Under the pieces are notes generated by a model that saw only the letters and a program-made list of their open reading frames with translations, searched no databases and was not told the DNA's origin. A DNA stretch of 60,015 nt, the filler included, from Dugesia japonica (Eukaryota): NCBI GenBank assembly GCA_001938525.1. It is 6 parts of 6 records of this genome, joined end to end, with 100 filler letters (N's around TTAATTAATTAA, not from the genome) between each part and the next. Parts side by side here need not be neighbours in the genome. Positions count along the whole stretch, not along the records: positions 1 to 10,534 come from MQRL01640464.1; positions 10,635 to 20,838 come from MQRL01644588.1; 4 more parts are not named here. One strand, given 5' to 3'. Below, piece by piece: positions 1 to 13,700 of the stretch. The translations under genes and the position numbers were made by a program. Positions within the stretch are counted from its first letter, which is position 1. Every line of letters begins with the position of its first letter.

Positions 1-197
1 AATTTATCAAAATACAAAATATTGGAAGATTTATCGAGTAATCTTTATTGATTACTAATTGAAACGTTGTATATGTTATTTAATAACATATTGAATGAAA
101 GAAACGATTATGAAATCTAAAATATTATGATAATAAAATATTGGCAGCAAANCGATCGTGTTCGGTTAATTACTTAAGAAAAATAAAATGTTCTTAC

Positions 198-478
198 TTG
201 AACATTTTTGACTTGCTCAAGATAATTTTGTAAAGGTTCGATAAATTTTGTTCGTGTTTTATTCATCAATTCTTGATGAGCCAGTCCAATTTTATTATGA
301 CTTTCACCAGAATATTGAAGTGCTATACTGTAATTACTTTGGGGGTCTATTTGATTTGGATTCTGTTTCAAATCTTGACTAACTGAAATCATTGTTTCAC
401 CAACAATATTAGCTGGAGATGTATGAATAATTCGTTTTCCATCCAGTTTTTCATAGACCATACTTTCCAATCGGTATG
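198..478 (-). CDS. Internal exon of an endophilin-B-like N-BAR protein
   Basis: Translation YRLESMVYEKLD...NYSIALQYSGESHNKIG...KFIEPLQNYLE resembles the endophilin-B BAR region (RxEEFxYEKLD...FLTPLRNFLE). Bounded by a minus-strand acceptor (ttt ag, 480-479) and donor (gtaaga from 197). Confidence 0.75.
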
Positions 479-599
479 CTAAATTAAAATAAATTTATCA
501 ATATATTTTTCCAATTACAAAAAATTCTATTTTTACATGTTTTTAAAATAACCAGGTCGAAGAAAAAACTTTTTTTTAAAAAGGTATATTTACTTTAGC

Positions 600-1258
600 A
601 TGGTTTCAAAAGAATTTAGATTAATTTCTGGTGGTGCAAACCTTGAGCAACATTTTTTAGATGTTGGTCAAAACGTTGAACGCGCTCTTAAATTTCAACG
701 AGATCTGGAGATTTATTTAGCGGGGTAACTATAATTATCCAAGGAACTTGCAAAATAGAAAGTGCAACAGAAAATAACAAATTTTTTAACAAAAGTTCGT
801 ATCGTAAGAAAGTCACTCATTTAATTACAATGAAATTATTGTACAAAGAATTAATTGGATTCAAGCTTAGATGAAAAAATAGAAAATTCTAGTGAGGGCA
901 GCGACTTTGACCCAACAGTTGTAAAAAACTGAATGCAATATCAAGCAGCGAAGAAGAATAAAAGTTAATTAATATTTCTCTGTAGTTTTAAAGTTAAATT
1001 TTTTGTTGTTTTTTAGCGTGAATAAGTTTCTAATTTTGTTTTATTTTGTATTGAAATATATGTATTTGTTTAATATATACATCAAATATTACCTATATAA
1101 TTGTTTATTTTTTACACGGGTTTCTTTAAAAAAATTATTTTTTTTTTACTTAACCGGTTCACAAACAACCTGAAGCAAATCCATTTATTTACTATAGCAC
1201 TCGTGTCTTTTCTACACGGTTTTCTAAAGAACGTATCTACCGTGTAAGGAGTTGGTTG
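600..1258 (+). mobile_element. pogo/Tigger-like DNA transposon 3' remnant
   Basis: Degenerate RALKFQRDLE...KVQQKITNF resembles a pogo transposase C-terminus; ends in a Tigger-like terminus (gaacgtatctaccgtgtaagg...gttgTA). Confidence 0.45.
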
Positions 1259-1444
1259 TATTTGAGTTTTTAATAATTATGTGTATATAAATCTCAATTC
1301 TAGATCAGACCTTGAAACAAGCTAATTTTGGATTCAAGTTCAATTTCAGGTTCGCATTCAAAATTGATCTTGTTTTAAGAAAAAAATATTGGATAAAAAA
1401 TATTTTTTGAACTCGAATCGGTCGAAATATTAGGTTTACAAATA

Positions 1445-2190
1445 CAGTTAAACCCGCTTAACATCAAAAATAAAGGACCTCAAAATATCTTGATGTTAGC
1501 CGAGTTCTTTTAAGCGGATTTTTAACAGAGGTGCATATTAGGTTAGCAAGTAGCAACAGTACATATTTCCAAGTACAATTACATATAATTTTCATATTAA
1601 TACATTCTAGTCTATTTTTAATGAAGACGCATAGTTTATAGAGACAATTCAGCCATGCTGAACTCTGTTACATCATTACACGACGCAACCTTCTTTTCAT
1701 AACCACAGATACCGCATTTCATTGGATATACACATGTGAATATCTGTAATCTTTATACAACCTATTTGAGCCAACAGCCATGGTTGAAAAATGTTGATTT
1801 ATGTCACACAAAACACGTATACACGCAACACTGCTTAGATTAGCATCTTGGATACTGCAAACTGGTTGGTTAAGCAATTTGAGTTATGCATATCGTCACC
1901 GCTATTTATTCAAAAAAGTGAATTTTCCATTTTTAAACATGATAATTCAATCCTAATACTAATAAAGCAAGTTCCTTCAATTTATACGCTTTAAGTACAT
2001 AACCTACGCATTAATATATGTGTATTTGTATTTACATGGATTACATAAAAGGATTACATAACGATATCTATGGTATGTTGTGATAGTGACGTGATGTTAA
2101 TATCGTAAAACTCTCTCAAAGGACCAAAAGGTCTCTTGATGTTAGACGAATTATGATGTTAAATTGGTTGATATTAAACAGGTTCAACTG
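1445..2190. mobile_element. Non-autonomous pogo/Tc1-type element (MITE) with TA target duplication
   Basis: TA-CAGTTAAACCCGCTTAACATCAA ... TTGATATTAAACAGGTTCAACTG-TA imperfect TIRs; subterminal TTGATGTTA repeats. Confidence 0.75.
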
Positions 2191-3840
2191 TATGTGTAAA
2201 CGGGAGCTAGTTCGAGATTTGAATTCTGCACAATTCGAATAGAGATTTTTAGTAAGTATGTATTAATTATAAAGTATTATTATTCTTGAATTGGTATTGT
2301 AATTAATATTACCTTATATTGTCATTATTTTTATTAATTATCTTAAGGATAAATTATATTTCTGGTCATCTGTTTCCTAATAACTATTAAAACAAATAAT
2401 TCTTAATACTTTTAAAAAAATTAATTTTAAAATAATTAATTTAGAACTGACTGAAATTTATAATTTTATAATTGTCTATAATTCATTTTAACATGATAAA
2501 ATTTTAAATTTAGTCAAAAAAATACTTTCATACGTCGATTTAATAAATACCGGATGGGCAATAAATTTTGTTAGAGGACCAGAAAATATTTTGTATCAAT
2601 ATAATTTTTTACCACTTCGTGGTATAGAATTATATATTGATCAAGGTTTTTGTTAAAATTTATAGTAAGAAGCTTAATTAAAGTATCTTAAGACACTAAC
2701 TACTTAATCAAAATCATTTCATGTCTATTTTATAACCGAAACTATCAAAATAAATCTTTTGAAAATTCTAAATTCAATTATTTGCATGAATAGTTAAAAT
2801 AATTAGTATAAAATAAGATATGTGATATAACGGTACACTTAATTTTACAAGATTGAATAGGGAATCATAAAGAATCTTGAAAGAGCAACATGTGACTCGA
2901 GTGCCACATTTTGCCCACCAATATAATAAATATTTAGTAACTGAAATATTGCAGTATAAGCCACACACATAACGGAGGAAAGAAATCTGTGTATAGCCGC
3001 GGCTATACTTTTTGTAATTTTATAACACTATTCGTCAGTAGCTAAGAGACGAAAAACATGGTAAAGTATTTTTGTAATTATAAATATTCAGTAGGTGCCA
3101 ATAGAGTCAGCCAATATTATATGGTGATAATTGGAGTATATATTGTTTATGGTTTGGCGAATGTTGTATGGTGAATAAACAAATTAATAACAAGTTATAG
3201 GGGCAATAAAATCTTTGTAAAAATAACAATTTTTCTTGGGAATATTTACTTGATTACAATACGTATTACGAAAAATTTAATTAATTTAGTTAATTAAAAA
3301 GCATAATTCAGTCATTAAAAGTTTCTAATTTATTCTGTCATTTTAATATACTGCTGCTGTTCATAATTTTGTTTTATTTCAAAATTTATATTGATAATCT
3401 CCGAGCGATTTTTAGTTTATAACTTGGAGATTTTCGTAGCCATATATATTTTACCTATTAGAGATTAACATTGATGTTTCTGATTATCTATCTTATTTTA
3501 TTTTAACAAGAAAAATAAATTCCAAACAAAATTTCTGAAATGTAATTTTTGTTTGACATTATTAGCTCAAATTCCATATGGCCTGGAGATACTATATTAA
3601 AGGAGAAATCACTTAGTCTTATTAAAGAGAAACGATGTTTATTTAAAACAAGCCGTTTAAAATAAATATAATAATGGGATATATAAAATCAAAAAGATAT
3701 TATTTTAATAGATCATTTATTATAATCGTCAAAATGATATATAACTAAAACCATTCATTTCAAATGAATAGATTATTTTTTTAATATTTCTTAGAGATTT
3801 GTTTCTATGAATTATCTTCGAGAAAATTAAGAAAAATGTA

Positions 3841-3941
3841 CAGTCAAACCTGTTTTTGTGCGGTCTCTTTCCATACGATTTTTTATATAGCGCATCAAAT
3901 AAAATCACATAAAAAAGACTGCACAAAAACAGATTTGACTG
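3841..3941. mobile_element. 101-bp MITE with 25-bp TIRs and TA TSD
   Basis: TA-CAGTCAAACCTGTTTTTGTGCGGTC ... GACTGCACAAAAACAGATTTGACTG-TA. Confidence 0.8.
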
Positions 3942-6000
3942 TATCATCAAAACAAATAAAATTTTACCAAATTGCAAATTATTATTTTAATCTAAGCCAA
4001 AGAAACTCTTCGAGTCTACAAAGAAATTTGTGCACCACATTTTAGCTAAGAAAATTTGACTTGTAGCAATTAAAAATTAAAAAAAATTAACTAATATTGT
4101 GGGAAAATTTTAAAATCTTGAGACAAATAGCGAAAAATTATACAAATTAAGACTTTCTAAAAGGTATTTAGTTAGGCCATAAATAGGATTAAAATTTATA
4201 TCTTTGTCTAGCAACATCTAGCAGGACCAAACTTTGCGAACCCGTTATTATAAACAAATTGTAGAAATTTCCCTAAAAAAGCTATCTATTTATTAGGTAC
4301 GAAATGAGTGGGAAGAGATGGTTGGATTTAGGAGATTTGGTGTACGGAGAAGGGGTCTCTACTGAATGCATACGTATGCATAAAGTTGTATATAGCCTGT
4401 GTAACAATATAATTATAAATACAGATCCCCAAAATATAGGTTTTTGTAAATAATGAAATTCAAAAAATCGGCTAAAAAATAAAGCAAAAATACGGTAATT
4501 ATTTTGTATAGAGTGGTTTTATTGTTACCAAACGTTCATTATTGCATTGCTATAAAAATCAGTACTTGAACACGAATATCCATGTCTGATCGATTAAATT
4601 CCCATTTTTTGAAATTGGTGTACGAAAATCTGTTTTCGCTTAAAAGTTCTATTTTATCAATTATTTTGATGCAGTGTTTGAAACGATAAACTTTGAATGT
4701 TCTATTGCATTTCTTTATTGAATTTTAATGTGTAAAAATTTGAGATTAACAAACGAAAAATATTAAAGCAAATGCCTTGTGATGAAGGTTAAAAATCAAT
4801 TTTTCAAGCATGGTTGGAGTAGTGAAGCTAAGTTGTATGTGCTCATAGGGGAATCCAAAAAATATTCCTAGTACAACAAGAGGAGGAGGTATGAAAATAT
4901 ATGGATGCCTCCTAATTTGAATTTCGAATGTCAGTAATAATTCTATTTGGTGGTGAATTGAGTATCTTGTGACTTCCGATAATTATAATAACATTATTCC
5001 AGATGAAACAGTAGACATTATCAATACGTATGCTAAGAATTCTGATAAATTGCTCAATTTATGTTAAATGAATGGGTGTATTTTAAAAATTTAATAGTTG
5101 TAAAATATAGGGTATATGATGAAATATGTAAATATATTGTTATAATATTTAGTTATAAACATTTCGTTAAATTATAAATTTATAAACTGACATGACGTCA
5201 GCAATCAACATTTACAAAAACGAATATCTTGAACTGAAAACAACGAGAAACATGTGATAAACCTTTTGGGAGATGTGAATAAACTTAAAAATAGACAGTA
5301 TAATCATATTAAGAAGAGATTTAGGTTGTTAATTTGTAATTTGTACACTGTACAGAAAACCAAAAAAAGAATTCGCAAGAAAGAATTGTTTCCCAACCTA
5401 TCACTGTTTCTGATCTTAAGAAAAGATGAATTTAGTAGATTTTAAATGTTTATCTGAAGATGAAAAAAAACAGTTATCAAAATACAGTTTTTCATGGCCA
5501 CTTACATCTAAAAAGTGGTTAAAGTTACAAAGTACTGTTCGATATTTTTAAATTTTGAAACTCCATGTGTTCTGCAATCATATAATGGAAGAGAATGTAG
5601 TGCTAATTTAACAAGCATCTAAAAGAACATTAGCACTGTGGATAGTGGACAAGTATACACAAGATCTCAGTGTATCGAAGGCCCCAGTGACAGTTTGAAA
5701 AATTATACTAAATATTTAAATTTACAATTTACTTATGATCATTTTTGTTTTAAAATATATTCATTGCGTATATTTCCATTTGTTATTTGTATAATTATTA
5801 TAAAAAGAATAGACTTAATACTTAACCTAAAAATTCAATATAATAAGGTGTCACATGAGTACGTAATTATCGATATATTATTCTCTCACAATCATATATT
5901 ATTTTGCAAAATGTATGCTTGATATTTTTTGTCGTATATTTCGCGTTTATATTTATTTTTCATCGATTTAAATTATTCATGCTTATTCAGGTTAAAGAAA

Positions 6001-6968
6001 ATGGAAGAAAATCTGCCATTAAAGCCTTAAGTTAATGTCATTGGGGAAAAGATTTAAGTGCACGAGCAACAGCCGCCGACATGTGTGCCCTAGAGGACGA
6101 GGGAACCATTGGTTTTGCTGCAGTATCAATTTGGTTCAAACGTTTCAATGGTAAAGACACTAGTCTTGGTGATAAAACACTTGAAGGAAGACCAACAATG
6201 CTGAAATCAGAGGTCCTAGACAAAGCTGTAAAAGCCAATTCTAGAATAAGCACATGTCAATTACCAATGTATGGGAGTTCAAAATCATACATACATTGTC
6301 ATCTCATCCATCTCCGGAAAGTAAACAAAAGCTATCGATTTTTACTACATGATTGACTTCTCCACAAACACAACGCCGTGTGGAATGGTGCCATAAACTG
6401 TTTGCTAATCCCCAGGACAACAATTTCTTCAAACGATTGTCACCTGCGATAAGAAATGAATCGTGTACCACAATCCTGATATAAGAAGGCAGTGGATGGA
6501 CCTTGGACAGCTTGCAGAATCTATCGTTAAACAGTAACGGTTCGGACTAAAGGTTATATTATATGCATCGGGAAACTATAATGGTTAGCTGCACTTCGAA
6601 ATAGTTCCAGATGAATGTGAAATTATGGCCGATCTTTACTCTAAAAAACTAGAAAGAATTTAAGTATTTCTGTCCAAACGCTACCCTTCTCTTGTCAACC
6701 GTGGACAAGTTCTTCTGCAGAATGACAACTCACCATCGCATGTCGCTCGAACCACTCATCAGAAATTAGAAGACCTAGATGGCATCGATTTTCTACTCAA
6801 TCCAGCTTACATCCAGGACAAAACTTCGAAAATATTCACCAGGTTGAAACTGGAGTTCAATTTTATTTAGCTTATAAAGAATCTGCACCATATCACCGCG
6901 AAATATTACAATTGAGTGAAAGATGACAAAAGACCACAGATTGTAATGGATTGTATTTTGAATATTAA
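6001..6968 (+). pseudogene. Degenerate mariner (Mos1-type) transposase
   Basis: HTH region (WFKRFNGKDTSLGDKTLEGRP), TCDKK*IVYHNP (~DEKW), LQNDNSPSH (~HDNARPH), NPAYIQD (~PPYSPD); many stops and frameshifts. Confidence 0.9.
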
Positions 6969-7337
6969 TTGTGTTTATATGATTTTTTAATTTTATGACT
7001 ATGAAATTAATATTGTCATATTCACTCGGCAGATATATTATTATAATTATTATTAATCCAAATAAACAAATAACTATTATAATTAATAAAATTATTAATA
7101 ATAATTATATTTTATAAAGTAACTAAACAAGTTGAAATTTTTTTTACAGATTTCATATTTCATGATTAGTTTTTAATGAAAATATTTTTACTTCCTTTTT
7201 CAATATTGTTTTAAAGATAACAGTGGATTTTGTTTAAGTTGAAACGATTCCATTAAACTAAAACGCTTTTATATAAACATTTTCACTATATGAAATTAGA
7301 TTAATATAAATTATAATTGAAACTCATTTTAAATTGT

Positions 7338-7800
7338 CTAAATTTTTGTTGATTTTATTTGGAAAATGTTGTAAACTCTCAGCAAGTTTCTCGAATACAG
7401 TAATAAGAAAATATAATAGCAGACATGAACCGAATGTTCGGTGAATTTTTGGATCCCATTTTTGTACCAATACCGGGGTTTGGAGTCAAAGAGTACTGTA
7501 TGATTTTTTTGAAGATCTACTCTATTCTCAAAGCTCCACCATCTGAGAAAATATGTCATTGATCGAAACAGATGAAATTCAGAAGCCCTAAGGGATGACG
7601 AGTAAGCTGAATCCGGTAATATATCAATATTCGATCAAGACTGTTGATAATTTGCATTGATTTCCGTGAGACATGTGGCCCAACATTTTCCGTTCATAAC
7701 CAAACTTTTTTCCGGTTGATTAAATATTTTGCTTTCATATCTTTGTGAATTCTTTCCAACTGTTTTGAGTAAATATCGGAGTTTATACTTTGACCATCTG
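7338..7800 (-). pseudogene. Mariner transposase C-terminal fragment
   Basis: Minus strand reads GQSINSDIYSKQLERI, LPDSAYSSSLRASEFHLFRSM (~HPPYSPDLAPSDYHLFRS) and FDSKPRYWYKNGIQK. Confidence 0.85.
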
Positions 7801-7802
7801 AC

Positions 7803-9110
7803 ATTATTGTATTATTGTAAGGTCATTCTTTCAACATGTATTATTGTAAGGTTATTCTTTTAACATATGATATTACACTGTTCGTCTTTTAACATGCATT
7901 ATTGTAGAGTAATTATTTTAACATGTATAACTGTAGGGTTATTATTTTAACATGTATAATTGTAGGGTTATTGTTTTAACATGTATAATTGTAGGGTTAT
8001 TGTTTTAACATGTATNNNNNNNNNNNNNNNNNNNNNNNNNNNNNNATTGTAGGGTTATTGTTTTAACATGTATAATTGTAGGGTTATTGTTTTAACATGT
8101 ATAATTGTAGGGTTATTGTTTTAACATGCATTATTGTAGGGTTATTCTTTTAACATGTATAATTGTAGGGTTATTGTTTTAACATGTATAATTGTAGGGT
8201 TATTGTTTTAACGTGCATTATTGTAGAGTAATTGTTTTAACATGTATTATTGTAGGGTTATTCTTTTAACATGCATTATTGTAGAGTAATTATTTTAACA
8301 TGTATAATTGTAGGGTTATTGTTTTAACATGTANNNNNNNNNNNNNNNNNNNNNNNNNNNNNNNNNNNNNNNNNNNNNNNNNNGTTATAATTTTAACATG
8401 TATAATTGTAGGGTTATAATTTTAACATGTATTATTGTAGAGTTATTCTTTTAACATTTATTATTGTAGGGTTATTGTTTTAACATGTATTATTGTAGGG
8501 TTATTCTTTTAACATGCATTATTGTAGGGTTATTAGTTTAACATGTATTATTGTAGAGTAATTGTTTTAACATGTATAATTGTAGGGTTATTGTTTTAAC
8601 ATGTACAATTGTAGGGTTATTGTTTTAACATGTATAATTGTAGGGTTATTGTTTTAACATGTATAATTGTAGGGTTATTGTTTTAACATGTATAATTGTA
8701 GGGTTATNNNNNNNNNNNNNNNNNNNNNNNNNNNNNNNNNNNNNNNNNNNNNNNNNNNNNNNNNNNNNNNNNNNNNNNNNNNNNNNNNNNNNNNNNGTTA
8801 TAATTTTAACATGTATAATTGTAGGGTTATAATTTTAACATGTATTATTGTAGAGTTATTCTTTTAACATGTATTATTGTAGGGTTATTGTTTTAACATG
8901 TATTATTGTAGGGTTATTCTTTTAACATGTATAATTGTAGGGTTATAATTTTAACATGTATTATTGTAGAGTAATTATTTTAACATGTATTATTGTAGGG
9001 TTATTATTTTAACATGTATTATTGTAAGGTCATTCTTTAATCATGTGAGTTTACAGTGTCAGTCTTTTAACATGTATTATTGTAGGGTCATTCTTTGAAC
9101 TTGTATTATT
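7803..9110. repeat. 29-bp tandem minisatellite (AACATGTATAATTGTAGGGTTATTGTTTT)n, gapped
   Basis: Period of 29 read directly (e.g. CATG at 7951 and 7980); degenerate edges; three N gaps. Confidence 0.95.
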
Positions 9111-9426
9111 TATCTTATTATTATTTATTTTAATTGCGCACTTTTGGGATCATTTTTCTAAAAAGATTCTTGTTTTCTTAAGGTAAGAAATTAATTATTT
9201 GATGAAATTTATACAGGCAAATTCTATATTAATAGCACGTATTAATAATATATATTTTATACTGTCAAAATGAATGCTATTAAACCGCTTCAGTGAGGGT
9301 TTGAGGAAATAATTATAAATTGATAATTTTAGCCAATAGAAAATAGAGTTAATTCAGTACTAAGTTTCAATCAGTTCTTTTCAATGATAATTATTTATAA
9401 ATAGCAGAGTTGTAGTAGTAACATAA

Positions 9427-10534
9427 ATGATGTCCCAAAATATTAGTTCTGATTTGGAAAATGAATTAACAATTGAAGATTTACGTAACATGGTGGCAGC
9501 GGTAAATACCGATTATTCCATTACAGAGAGGTTATTGCCGAAAGTTTTCTGCAGAACAGATGATATTGAGAAATTCATCAAGCGGTGTGAATTGTATTTT
9601 GAAGCTAAAAACATCACCCATGTGAAACAACAGGAGAAATTAGTCTCTTGTTTGCTAGATGAAGATTTGTTGGAGGAATATGCAAAGATGAAGGATTTCA
9701 GGCCCGTTTACGTATGGCATTTGAGAAAGAGAAAGATGTTATCAAATATTTTCAAAATTTGATTAACTACAGGCGTGGAAATGAAGAAATTCAAGTTTAT
9801 TTTAAAAATGTAAAAGATTTAGTGGAAAGATTATTTACAAATAAAGACTTTACAAAAGACAAAATGGTAGCAAAGATGCTAGTATATTGTTCAGAAACAC
9901 AAAAAAGTTGAAGAAGAAGTGACTTTGAGGAAACGAGAGAATATAGAAGAAATTGAAGAAACAATGACGGTAGTAGATCCAGGAGAGAAAAACAGAGATC
10001 GAGTTGATGCAGTTAGAAGTTACGCGAGAGTTACAAATCGAAATTATCAGAAACCTGTAAATCATACAGTGATCAAAGAAAGAAAAAGCAAAATATCGAA
10101 TGTTGGTTATGTCATAAGATCGGTCATAATAAAGTAAATTGTCCAACCAAAAAAGTGGTAGTGTTGGAGTTGTCATAAAACAGGACATATAAGTCGAGAT
10201 TGTCCAAATAAAAAACCAACAAAATGTTTTGGATGTGGAAAGATTGGTCATATTAGAAAGCTATGTCAAGAAGTGAGGTGTAAACGATGTGGTAATGGTG
10301 GACATAAAGCAGAAGAGGGCTACACAAATTTTAAAATGAAAAGAACAAGTGAAAAATCTATGACTGCAGAAAGATCAAGAAACCAATATAATCGAGTACA
10401 AGCGAAATCAAGTTTCTTGGACACATAATTAGCAGGGATGGTGTCAGTACTGATCCGTCAAAAATAGAATCTATAAGAACATTTGGCAAACCTAACTGCG
10501 TGAAGAAGTTACGAAGTTTCTTGGGAATTTGTAA
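9427..10534 (+). mobile_element. Ty3/Gypsy remnant: frameshifted gag with four CCHC-type knuckles, joined by deletion to an RT C-terminal fragment
   Basis: CWLCHKIGH, CWSCHKTGHISRDC, CFGCGKIGHIRKLC, CKRCGNGGH; then KFLGHII...VSTDPSKIESI...KKLRSFLGIC. Confidence 0.85.
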
Positions 10535-10634
10535 NNNNNNNNNNNNNNNNNNNNNNNNNNNNNNNNNNNNNNNNNNNNTTAATTAATTAANNNNNNNNNN
10601 NNNNNNNNNNNNNNNNNNNNNNNNNNNNNNNNNN
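10535..10634. other. Artificial scaffold linker N44-TTAATTAATTAA-N44
   Basis: An identical 100-bp spacer with stops in all six frames recurs five times. Confidence 0.97.
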
Positions 10635-12559
10635 ATTATTCTTTTATTGATTTGCCACAAAAAAATTCCCCGAATCAATCTGTCTATTTAATTTACCTCA
10701 CAAAATGTTTGGCAGTTTTGTTTATTAAATGTTTCAATCCTATTTTAAACTTTTTAAAGCACTATAAACAAAATTATTTAAAATTGCATGTATGTACTTA
10801 TTCTTTTTATAAAATCCTAACAATAAATCAAAAATATATATTTCGTCAATACCATTTTATCCATACCATTTTGTCCTAAAACCGGGGAAACAGTTGAGTG
10901 TAGTTCTTATTCAATCGATGATCATATATGTTCTTAGTCAGTTAATTTCTTTGATCGAGAAGAAATGTTCTAAATATTTCAGATAGAACATTTGCCACTG
11001 CCTTGTCCGAGGCATCTGTCTAAACGAATGTTTTAGTGTAGTCTTTCCTTACAGTATAGGTGTAGTAGAAAACATAAGCGTCACTTGATATTTTGGAGCT
11101 TATTTCTTATCCTGAATTTAATTTTACTTCATCACACATCTTGTTTAGAAAATGTGTTAATTGTGAAGAAATACGAGCTAAGTTATTGTTAGAATAATTT
11201 TACTAATATGTTTTGAATTTCCTAACGAATCAATTATTTTCTCGATTTCTCGCATTGGATAACAGTCAGAAGGAGTTTGATAATCCTACACTAATCGTAA
11301 TATTCCATTTTTTTAAACAAATAAAGAAGTACCTGATTCTTCAATTATGCCTTTAATTAACATCCCAATTTTATTATTCATGGTATCTGGAAGGAAATGT
11401 GGAACTATATATCACTTGCGATCTATTAGTATTAGTAATTAATAAATAAGTATTATCTATTAATTGCGTGCTGAATTCTATTGAATTTGCCAATCTCGGT
11501 TAGATGATAAGACTTGGCAGACTAATTTTTTATATTTATGAAAAAATTCATCTGACAAATTTTCATTGATCTGGATGTGATTCCAATCTGCTATTAAATA
11601 TTTAGATTCGAGAACCAATTATATAATTATTTCTTGTTGATTTGTCCTAAGTATCAAAAGAATAACATCAAATATCCTGTATGTTTTCTCTGTTCACCCT
11701 GTAACAACGTTATCCACGTTGGGCAGTAGGATTTCTTTCACCAACATACACAAAACACTTCAGAGTGTTCAAACAGAAACTATTTTTAACTTGATTAAAA
11801 ATTAAAAATATTCTTAATTACAAATCCTCACATATTTTATTTATTCTTTATTTCATTTTATTCTTCGTTCACAAATACTAGACTATGTATAACACTAGAT
11901 TCACTTTGATGATATGGATTTAAGCTTTTTTTTTATAAAATATAAATATAAAACTTATGAAAAGAAAATATTTATTTTTAATCTTTTGTCACATTTACAT
12001 TCATAATTTTGTTTGAACATATTTTTTTTACAAGTATAACAAGTATTTATAATCATTAGTGTTCTATTTGACACCATTTTTGCGCATCAGATTTACTGCT
12101 CGAGGCTTTTGCTTTACTAGTCTTCAGTTGTACTTGTTCATTCCTGGAATTTTTTGTATTCACTCGTAAGTTTATATGCTAATTTAAACGAATTCTTTTT
12201 TAATATATTCAATGGTTTCTTTATAAAATATCTATGGATTTATTGCCGCAGATCGAGTATGTTAAGTACATATTTTACTCCCTATAATTTAAACACAGAT
12301 TTGACACTGCTTGCCATTTGTTCAGTTGAGTTTGAATCACATTTTTTTGGAACGACAATAATTTCAGATATTAGCTTCTTTTATCAATTTTAGAAAATTT
12401 ATGCTTAGATACATATTCTAAAGATAATTGATTTTCTAAATCATAACAATTAATTTCAATCATGATTGTATTTTCAATTTAAACCTGTTTTTATTAAAAC
12501 CATATGAAATAGAAATCAATCTTTAATAAAAATAATTTCTCTTATTTCCTATTGGTTGA

Positions 12560-13700
12560 AATTATTCCCTTATATTAATCTTCTTAATGGACTTTGTAAG
12601 TTTTCCACATTTCTCTCCAGCCACTTTCTATTTTATCCTGTACCACATACCGTCTTTCGGCAATTTTCTCAATTATTCAGTAAGGACCTTCAAATCTATC
12701 TTGGCTTTTCTTGTTTCTACCTTGATTAAGACATAATCTCCTATTTTGAATTCTCTAGTAGCAGCCACTTCTGAAATGTTTTTTTAATTCTCTCTAAAAG
12801 TTCTGACTAGTACCACTTTTTTCTGTCAATTTTCTTTAAAAATACCATATAATTTTAATATACCATATTAGTTAAATTCAAAATCTCACAAGTCTCCATA
12901 AATTTTTATTGATTATTACAAGTCTTATTAAATTGAAATAATGATGAAGAACAATTCACGGTATTCAAACAAATAATTTGAGACCTTTTAATAAAATATA
13001 TTTTTTAAAAATATCGGTTTTCTTTTTTAAAATATTTTAATTACGATAATTTTATAAAACAATTTTTTATAAATTTATAATTTCCCATAACAAAAAATAT
13101 TTTAAAACATTTTAATATCATAAAACAATTTTTATAATTTTATACTTTTACCTAATATAAAATATTTCATTTATGATAATTTTAAAAAACAATTTTTTAT
13201 AATTTCCTATAATAAAAAATATCGATCTTGATTTTAAAACATTTTAGTTCCAGTCGTCTTCTGCTTTGTTGCGTTTATCGTAAATTCTACTTCGGCAAAA
13301 GATCTGTCCAATCTATTATCTTTCTCTCCCGAAGTGTGACATTAATTAAATCTCCAATTGTCACGAAATATCTCTCAATTTGTTCGTTTGCTTTGTAATG
13401 ATAGGGACTTAAAAAGCTAAGTTTTTAATATCTAGCTTTTGTCCAAACTCTCTCATAACTCTAGATTCAAACGATATTCCACAATATAGTCATCTCTTTT
13501 GGACATCCAAATCTCAAAATTAATTTTAATCCACTTCTCAAAAATAGATTTTAGTATTGTTATCTCGTCTTGTCTAGGCAGTGCTATAAGAATCAGATAT
13601 TTACTGAACTGGTCTATTACTTCAAGTATGTAATTTTTTCGTCCACTTGTTTCACGCATTAGCCTACATATATATGTGAATATGACTTCAAAGAAATTCA
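12560..13700 (-). mobile_element. Gypsy integrase remnants
   Basis: YILEVIDQFSKY, SPYHYKANEQIERYF, and the C-terminal DRFEGPY (GPY/F) motif; fragmented. Confidence 0.75.

Noticed and set aside
7803-9110. CRISPR-like array
   Set aside because: Head-to-tail units with no unique spacers, no cas genes, and a eukaryotic context.
10579-10590. Recurring TTAATTAATTAA as a biological motif
   Set aside because: Always centred between 44-N runs; it is an artificial six-frame-stop linker.
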